Both the position numbers and the translations under genes were made by a program. The notes under the pieces were generated by a model that was not told where the DNA came from, searched no databases, and saw only the letters and a list, made by a program, of their open reading frames with translations. From the human T2T-CHM13v2.0 reference genome, Homo sapiens, in the NCBI RefSeq assembly GCF_009914755.1, contig NC_060927.1: 64,000 nt of DNA; one strand, written 5' to 3'. Position 1 is the stretch's first letter. Each line of letters starts with the position of its first letter. Positions 54,122-64,000 of the stretch are shown here, one piece after another.

Positions 54122-54327
54122 ACATCCGCCTGGATTGGGAGACCTATGTTCCAGAAGACAAGGAAGACCGGCTGGTGGAGCTGCTGGTGTTTTATGGGCC
54201 ACCTTTCCCGCTGCGGGACCAAGCCGGGAATGAGCTTGTGTGCCCTGATACCCCTGAGGGTGGCTGCCTCCTCTGGTCCCCAGGCCCCTCCAGTTCATCG
54301 GAATTCAGCCATGAAACTGACTCATCA
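54122..54327 (+). CDS. DLEC1: DLEC1 exon (~28)
   Basis: cccag|AC ATC...TCA|gtgagc; IRLDWETYVPEDKEDRLVELL. Confidence 0.9.
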
Positions 54328-54441
54328 GTGAGCAGGGGTGGAGGGGCGGGGCAGGCTGGCCACTGAGGGCCACTGAGGTGTGGCCAGTAGGCTAGTTGAA
54401 CCTCAGTGACTGCGTGAACCTCAGTGATTCCTTGGTGACAG

Positions 54442-54558
54442 GTTGAGGGCAGCTCCAGTGCCAGCAATAGGGTGGCACAGAAGCTCATCTCAGTCATCCT
54501 GCAGGCACATGAGGGGGTGCCCTCCGGCCACCTGTACTGTATCAGCCCCAAGCAGGTG
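54442..54558 (+). CDS. DLEC1: DLEC1 exon (~29)
   Basis: gacag|GTT...GTG|gtgagt; KLISVILQAHEGVPSGHLYCISPKQV. Confidence 0.88.
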
Positions 54559-54643
54559 GTGAGTTGGGGTATGGGCTGGGAGCTGTCTGCATTGGCCGGC
54601 CAGTGGGCATGGGACAGTGCTAAGGCTGCTGTGTCTATGCCAG

Positions 54644-54769
54644 GTGGTCCCTGCTGGGGGCAGCAGTACCATCTACATCTCCTTCACCCCTATGGTGCTC
54701 AGCCCTGAGATCCTGCACAAGGTGGAGTGTACTGGCTACGCCCTGGGTTTCATGAGCTTGGACAGCAAG
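54644..54769 (+). CDS. DLEC1: DLEC1 exon (~30)
   Basis: gccag|GTG...AAG|gtgagc; VVPAGGSSTIYISFTP...GYALGFMSLDSK. Confidence 0.9.
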
Positions 54770-54876
54770 GTGAGCTCTTCCGGCCTGGGGTGGGGGCCGC
54801 AGCCACTGCTCCCTCCTGGGTAGCATGCTGCCTACTCAGCCCAGGGATCAGCTGTGATCAGACTTGGGCTCAGTAG

Positions 54877-54971
54877 GTGGAAAGGGAGATTCCAGGGAAG
54901 AGGCATCGCCTGCAGGACTTTGCGGTGGGACCCCTGAAACTGGACCTGCATAGCTACGTGAGGCCTGCACA
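54877..54971 (+). CDS. DLEC1: DLEC1 exon (~31)
   Basis: cagtag|GTG...GCA CA|gtgagt; VEREIPGKRHRLQDFAVGPLKLDLHSYVRPA. Confidence 0.87.
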
Positions 54972-55195
54972 GTGAGTCAGCTGGGGTGCCCCATCTCCTT
55001 TCATCCCCATGGGGTGCACCCTCACCAGGCACTGGTGGAGCCAGGCAGGGTTCTCAGAGCAAAAGGACGGGCATGGGTGGAGAAGTCAGCAGAGGAGCCC
55101 AGGGAAAGGCTGGCCCGAGGCTGGATGAGCAGAGTGGGGGCAGCCAGAAGGCCCCAGGCGCCCGGCTTGCCCCAACAATGCCTATTGCTGGGCAG

Positions 55196-55280
55196 GCTAA
55201 GTGTGGAGCTGGACTACGGCGGCAGTATGGAATTCCAGTGCCAGGCCAGTGACCTCATTCCCGAGCAGCCCTGCTCTGGG
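55196..55280 (+). CDS. DLEC1: DLEC1 exon (~32)
   Basis: ggcag|G CTA...GGG|gtgagt; LSVELDYGGSMEFQCQASDLIP. Confidence 0.88.
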
Positions 55281-55474
55281 GTGAGTGTGCTGCCACCCTC
55301 TGGCCCTGCCAGCTTACCTGGACCTCAGATGTCTCTGTGTGCCCTTGTGGGACTCAGGCCTTATAGTCTGAGCCCAAATCCCCTCCCCCAGCCCTCCCAG
55401 CCCTACCCTAGAGCCATGGGGTTGAAGAGAGAGACAAGATGCATTCCCTGCCTCCTACCTCTGTGGCTGCCCAG

Positions 55475-55693
55475 GTGCTGAGTGAGCTGGTGACCACCCA
55501 CCACCTGAAGCTGACCAACACTACAGAGATCCCACACTACTTCCGGCTTATGGTCTCCAGGCCCTTCTCCGTTTCTCAAGATGGGGCGAGCCAGGACCAC
55601 AGAGCTCCTGGCCCTGGCCAGAAGCAGGAGTGTGAGGAGGAGACAGCCTCAGCGGACAAGCAGCTGGTGCTCCAAGCACAGGAGAACATGCTG
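55475..55693 (+). CDS. DLEC1: DLEC1 exon (~33)
   Basis: cccag|GTG...CTG|gtcagt; HHLKLTNTTEIPHYFRL...QENML. Confidence 0.9.
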
Positions 55694-57216
55694 GTCAGTG
55701 GGGGAGTCTGCAGCCCTTGCCTCGATGGCACACCCTCACATGTGTACAGACAGCACCCCTGCACGCCACCCTCAGGTGCTTGTACCCAGACGCAAACTGC
55801 ATGCCTGACCCTGCCATACCCTGCATGAACACTCGGGGGTGCACTCCCACCAGAGACACCACATTCAGCACCTCTGCACAAGTGGCTCACATGGGCATGG
55901 CCACACCAGACGTTGTGTTCACATACATGCATGCACGTGCTCCATAAATGTCCCCAGACTTCCCTTTCCCTCTTAGTCCCCACTGCTGAGATGCTGGTGG
56001 AGGCTGATGCATTCCTGTGAGCACCTCCCCTTCCCACACACACAGACTCCGTCCTCCTGTGCAAGCTCAGGGTTTGTGTCCCAGCTCAGGTGAGCCCATG
56101 GGGTTGCCATAATTGTAAGACACTCCAGGTTCTAACGTAAAATTTCCTCTTCTGACTTATTCTCAGTGACAATTGGATCCTGGATTTTCAGAGTTGGTTA
56201 GGTAGGGGAAGGTCTTGGGAATGTCAGGACCTCACTGGAAACCATCAACTTCCTCTGGTCTCTGAGGCAACTGGAATGAGGCTGAGTGTGCGCACACCCA
56301 TATCTGCACAGTGGGCTTCCAGGGTGTGCAGAGGCAGGCTGAGGGTAGACAGCGCCGCCCTGTCTCCTACTTCCCCTCCTGCTTCAGAGGCCCTCTTTCT
56401 TCTTCTCGGAGGGCTTCCCTTTATGCTGTGCTCCCTTGAGCTCTGCCAGGTCCTAGCCTCACTCTGCACATTTCTGGGTTGTCTCATCCATTTCCAGAGC
56501 CTCAGTGAACAGCCATATTATTTCTATCCAATGTATACTCCACTGTGTAGCGAGGGCCTGCTGTGTACTAGATGCTGTGCTAGGTGATGGTACTCCCCGA
56601 GGACCTCATCATGGAGGTCAGGGACACACACGGATCTGCAGAAGACAGAATGGCACCCTTGACCCACTTTGCGTTTGCTCCCTTCAACGAGCTAAATGGA
56701 TGGGAAGGCCCAGAGCACAGCCAGAGGTTCCATTCCACCAGAGCTTCCAAGGAGACACGGCGGTTAGCCACCAGGCATTTAAAAGTCCTTGGCAGCTCTG
56801 GGGAAGCCCAAAAGTTCCAGAAAAAGGACATCACATAATTAATGGTGCTGCATCTCACCCTCCATGCGCTAACAATGCTCAGGCTTCTGGCTCCTGGCCA
56901 GAATTATCTCCCAGGCTCTAGAGCCAAACTCAATCTGTCCAAAGTGAACTCCCCATCCCCTCCCCACCTTGTCCTGCCCCACATCTGTGCCTCCTTTTTG
57001 TGGTGGCATTTTGTCTCAGCAAATACCAACCCCAGCCCCCTTGCTCATGCCCAGAGCTCTGGCACCCCTTGTCCTAGACCCATCTCTGACCAAGCCACCA
57101 AGCCCTGCGGATGCCCCCTCCTAAAGTTCTCCCAACACTATTCTCTTTTCTTCATCCCTACACCCATATCTTGGTTTAGGACAGCAGTTTCTAAGCCTGG
57201 CAATAGATCAGTGGCC

Positions 57217-57527
<311 letters not shown>

Positions 57528-58116
57528 TAAGGCAGCAGCTCCCAGACCCCACCTCCAGACATGTGAAGGTCTGGGTGAGGCGCAAGAATTTATATTTTTA
57601 ACAAGTGCCTCACCGTTGATTCTGAGAAGCTTGTACCAAGGACCTGTGCTGGGAGCCAGGAGTCCAAGCTTCATCCTGTCCAGCCTCAGTTACAGCCTCA
57701 GCCCCTGGTCTGGCATCATCACACTCATGTGTGGTCTGCAGCCCACCTCCCCACCAGGTCAGTGACCTGTCAGAGGCTCCTCACTATCCTCAGCACACAG
57801 ACCAAGTCCTTCCTCTGCCTCTGAGCCCAACCACAGCCCTGGGCATTTGAAGCTGTAAAGGGCAACTTGCTCATGTCCCTTCCCTTCTAGCCTCTGACCT
57901 CTGAGGGCAGACATGACTTGTCCCTGACACTAGCAGGGTGCTGGGCAGAGTAGGTGCTGGGCAGCGCTTGTGGAATGAAAGCACCAGGTTGGGGAGCTGC
58001 TGGGCTGTTGGCTGGGCAAGGCTGGGCCTGGGAGGAAAGGAGGATGGAGCTCCAGGTGGGGAAGTGGCCACCTGCCCTCTGCAGCCGGAGTTGACACCAT
58101 GTCCACATCTGCTCAG

Positions 58117-58278
58117 GTGAACGTGTCCTTCTCACTCTCCCTGGAGCTGCTCTCCTATCAGAAGCTCCCAGCTGACCAGACACTGCCTGGGGTGGACATT
58201 CAGCAGAGTGCGAGTGGAGAGAGAGAGATGGTGTTTACTCAGAACCTGCTCCTGGAGTACACCAACCAGACCACTCAG
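58117..58278 (+). CDS. DLEC1: DLEC1 exon (~34), probable GC donor
   Basis: ctcag|GTG AAC...ACT CAG|gcacgc; VNVSFSLSLELL...EYTNQTTQ; 3' boundary less certain. Confidence 0.78.
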
Positions 58279-59296
58279 GCACGCCCCAGGCCCACCTACA
58301 TGTGGAGGAGGGTGGAAGTGGGCTGGGCTGTGTTCTGCTGGGGCCAGAGGAGGAAAGACCTAGCAGGGCCCTCAGAAATAAGGAGCCCCTGCCCCTGTCC
58401 TGGGGCTCAGTCTCCCCTAGAAGAGGCCCTGTGTGCAGAGAGATGAGGGCCATCCAACCTCACCTGCCTCATGAGCTCAAAACCAGGTGAGGGGCCAGAC
58501 TGTGGGAAATCAGGGAAGGCTCCCTGCGGGAGGAAGGACATGAAGCCTGAACACCATTTAATCAAGGAAGGGAAACACGTTGACAGCCAGGCCAAAAGAA
58601 AGGCCTGATGGGTGGGACAGAGCACCTGAAGCAGCTGCGAAGGACAGCCCTGGGGCTTGCCAGGCTTCAAGCACCAGGGCGAGCACCATGGACCAGGTCA
58701 CCAGGCCGTAGTGTGGAGGCTAAGCAGGGGCTGCTAGTAAGGAGTGTGAAGGAGTGGCCTGGGGAAGACTCTAGAGAGGCCGGGGGCAGGAGGCTGAGCA
58801 GTGGAGCCGAGGCGCTCTAGCCTGGCACCTGGGCAGCTGCTGGGGCTGAGGCTGTGGGATGGTGCATGGCAGTGCCTGAGTGTGATGCAGGGGCTGCCAG
58901 GAGATAGAGGAGGGCACAGGTGGGGCCTGCGGCCAAGGAACACAGACAAATGGTCCACGGCTGAGAGGAGCTGAGGGCTGGGCCTTGGGGGCCACCACAG
59001 GAGGAGCAGTGAAGGAGGGCAGAGCCCAACCAGCCAGGGTGCAGGGACTGAAGCTTTATGAGTTAGGGAGGCAGGGACAGCGGGGGAATGGATGGCATCA
59101 CCCTGGCCCTTTCCCTGTGCAGACTCCCAGTAGCAGCCTGTGGCCTTTTAAGGTGGCGCTGGTCCCCTGCCAACTTCTGGGAGCTTCCCGTTTTCTTCAG
59201 GAGCATCAGCACTTGGGGTCAGCAGGGTTCTGTGTGTCCCAGAGGCCCTGGCTCAGAGCCCACCCAGAATGGACAAGGTTGCCTGGTCTCCCACAG

Positions 59297-59450
59297 GTGG
59301 TGCCCCTGCGGGCTGTGGTGGCCGTGCCTGAGCTGCAGCTCTCCACCAGCTGGGTGGACTTTGGGACCTGCTTTGTGAGCCAGCAGCGAGTCCGGGAGGT
59401 CTACCTGATGAACCTGAGCGGGTGCCGAAGCTACTGGACTATGCTGATGG
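59297..59450 (+). CDS. DLEC1: DLEC1 exon (~35)
   Basis: cacag|GTG...ATG G|gtatgt; VVPLRAVVAVPELQLSTSWVDFGTCFV. Confidence 0.92.
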
Positions 59451-59739
59451 GTATGTCCTACCCTGCCACCTACCCACCGTTCCCCTACAGGGCTGTGCCA
59501 AGAGAAGACCCCCCAGGAAGGGGCCCCTGTGCGCCGTCCCTGCATGCTGGCTCCCAGGGCAGGCACCACTTGGAATTTCTGCAGAGCAGCCAGTCCCCCA
59601 ATCCCACATGATCTCAGGGTTGCCCTGCCCTGCAGTGCTGAGCAAGACCAGAGGTACAGGCCCGGGGGTGGGTAAAGTCTTCCTGTGGGAGTACATGGGG
59701 CTGCCTGCACTCATGTGTCTTCCCTTCCCTTTGGTGCAG

Positions 59740-59863
59740 GCCAGCAGGAGCCAGCCAAGGCCGCTGTGGCCTTCAGGGTCTCCCCAAACAGTGGGCTGCT
59801 AGAAGCACGATCCGCCAATGCACCCCCAACCTCCATCGCCTTGCAGGTTTTCTTCACTGCCAG
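59740..59863 (+). CDS. DLEC1: DLEC1 exon (~36)
   Basis: tgcag|GC CAG...GCC AG|gtgcag; AFRVSPNSGLLEA...LQVFFTA. Confidence 0.9.
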
Positions 59864-59957
59864 GTGCAGCCCCTTCCAACCTTCCCCAAACTGCCCACAG
59901 AGCCTGGACCCCCTGCCCAGGTGCCTCCTAACCTCAGCCCCCACATGCTCCCCACAG

Positions 59958-60081
59958 GAGTAGTGAGCTGTACGAGTCCACGATGGTGGTGGAAGGTGTG
60001 CTCGGTGAGAAGTCCTGCACCCTGCGGCTCCGGGGCCAAGGCTCCTATGATGAGAGATACATGTTGCCTCACCAGCCCTGA
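59958..60081 (+). CDS. DLEC1: DLEC1 last coding exon (~37)
   Basis: cacag|G AGT...CCC TGA; SSELYESTMVVEGVLGEKSCTLRLRGQGSYDERYMLPHQP*. Confidence 0.92.
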
Positions 60082-60715
60082 GGCTCCGCCCCAGCCCTCA
60101 GCCCCAGGCCCCAGCTGGAGAAAAAACATTGCCCAGGGATTAGGAGCAGCTCTTCAGCACAAAGACACAGACTTGGGGACCTGGGGACCTCTGGGCAGCT
60201 CCTGGAATGGAAGAACCCCCTTCCACAATGGTCTCAGCCTAGGCCCTCATGATATGTCCTCAGAGCTAACATAAAGGACAGGCCACACCACAGCAGAGAC
60301 CACCACATTGAGATCACTACTCAGTGCATAGCGAAGACCAGTATGGCAAAATTAGTCTTGGAAAAAAACCACAGCCACTAAGATAAATTCATGCACTTTT
60401 ACTATGCCCATTGCACTTCTCATCCATGGATTTGCCTTGCCTTAAGAATTAACCATGGCCTTGTGGCCTGGGTGACCCAGGCTGCTTTTATCTTGCACAG
60501 CTAAAGAGGGTCTGATGGGTGGCTCAACACCCCACCCACTCCTATACCATGTCATCAGTGTTCACATTTTCCAAATGAGTTGAAGTGCCTTGATCTGTCC
60601 ACTGCCACCACCACCAGTGCTGAGTTTTCCCATGTGGTTTTGCTTTTGTGGTGTTACTGCCTTGCTGCTAGAGCAGCAGGACTGTCTGCGTAGCGCCTCC
60701 AGCCTGGGACCTCAC

Positions 60716-60791
60716 TCAGTTCCCAGGGTATTCAAAGACGGCAGCGGCTCCCATTCCAGTCCCGATGCACATGGACACCACTCCGTATGCC
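60716..60791 (-). CDS. ACAA1: ACAA1 last coding exon
   Basis: cacag|G GCA TAC...AAC TGA; AYGVVSMCIGTGMGAAAVFEYPGN*, thiolase catalytic CxG motif. Confidence 0.95.
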
Positions 60792-61067
60792 CTGTGAAAA
60801 CAAAACTTAATTGGCTGGGCAAAGGCACCCACCAAATTACCTCCAGACCAGGCTGACCCAGAAGGACGTCATGGACAAGTAGGATGCAAAACCATCAGAC
60901 CAGATCTGTGGGCAAGCGGTACCCTGGCCTCCCACTTGGGCACACACACGGTGACAGATGCCCACTGCAGGCTAGTATCCCTTTCAAGGCTGGCCCTTAA
61001 GGAAAACAGGGATCATGCCCCTACATCCTAAGTTCAGGGTGTTTCTGTGTGCATGTTCCCCTCCCCA

Positions 61068-63153
<2,086 letters not shown>

Positions 63154-63232
63154 ACCTACCTCTATCCCCTGCCCTTCAGGTGCCCTAACTTGGATATCCC
63201 CCTATGACCCCACCGCCAGGAGCAAAGCCTTA

Positions 63233-63394
<162 letters not shown>

Positions 63395-63494
63395 TCATCA
63401 CCTATAGCCCTCTTACCCCTCCCCTGCACCACCTGCCCGCTCACTCCACCTCGGCTGTCCAGGGCAAAGGCAACATTGAGAAACAAGGGCTCAC

Positions 63495-63550
63495 CTGGCT
63501 TGCAAAGGCCTCATTGATCTCGAAGATGTCCACGTCACTCACTGTCAGCC
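63495..63550 (-). CDS. ACAA1: ACAA1 exon
   Basis: LTVSDVDIFEINEAFASQ; NEAF motif. Confidence 0.95.
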
Positions 63551-63830
63551 CTGCAGACAAGGTAAAGACCTGAGCTGACACACTGGCCCTCTGCCTCCCC
63601 TGGGGCCCACCCCATCCATGGGCCTACAGGCTGCCTGGTGTGTGTCTCTTCCAGAAGGGTGAGCCAATCCCAGCTGTGGGGTCAGGAAGGGCTTGAAGTA
63701 TGGGACACTAGCCTGCCCCACCTCCACTCTGCAGCACCCACAGGACCACCCTCATGCCCCTGGCAACAGCATGCAGGGCAGCTGCAGGATCCAGGTGGGA
63801 CCCAGATACTATATGAAGGAGCCACCTTAC

Positions 63831-64000
63831 CTGCTTTTTGCAAAGCTACTGGGATGGCATAGGCAGGTCCAATGCCCATGATGTCAGGTGGGACCCCAAC
63901 CACTGCATAAGACCTCAGGACCCCAAGGATGGGAAGGCCCAACTCTTCTGCCTTGGACCTCCGGGCCAGCAGGATGGCAGCTGCCCCATCACTCACCTGG
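63831..64000 (-). CDS. ACAA1: ACAA1 exon, partial (continues beyond window)
   Basis: QVSDGAAAILLARRSKAEELGLPILGVLRSYAVVGVPPDIMGIGPAYAIPVALQKA G|gtaagg. Confidence 0.95.

Overview
Human genomic DNA: the 3' part of DLEC1 (CFAP81) on the + strand and the last four exons of ACAA1 (peroxisomal 3-ketoacyl-CoA thiolase) on the - strand, tail to tail. For DLEC1 I traced 32 coding exons in a continuous frame to the stop at 60081; they are probably exons 6-37. Human origin is inferred from a human-specific SVA_F1 element. Gene and repeat names come from recognising the sequence, not from a database search, and repeat boundaries are approximate. The 20-kb first intron in the window is the most unusual part. 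It holds an older full-length SVA and a 13-kb antisense tandem HERV-H array (LTR7-int-LTR7-int-LTR7) made of two different internal lineages. Both lack a primer-binding site, two of the LTRs share a 242-bp identical tract, and one LTR has an amplified U3 repeat. A MAST2-fused SVA_F1 is nested in the array. The next exon is followed directly by a 2.25-kb (GTA/GTG)n repeat that keeps the DLEC1 frame open for about 760 codons. The last ACAA1 intron is mostly a Ricksha DNA transposon carrying captured ERV-L sequence, Alus and a Y1 RNA pseudogene. I found no evidence for a new protein-coding system.
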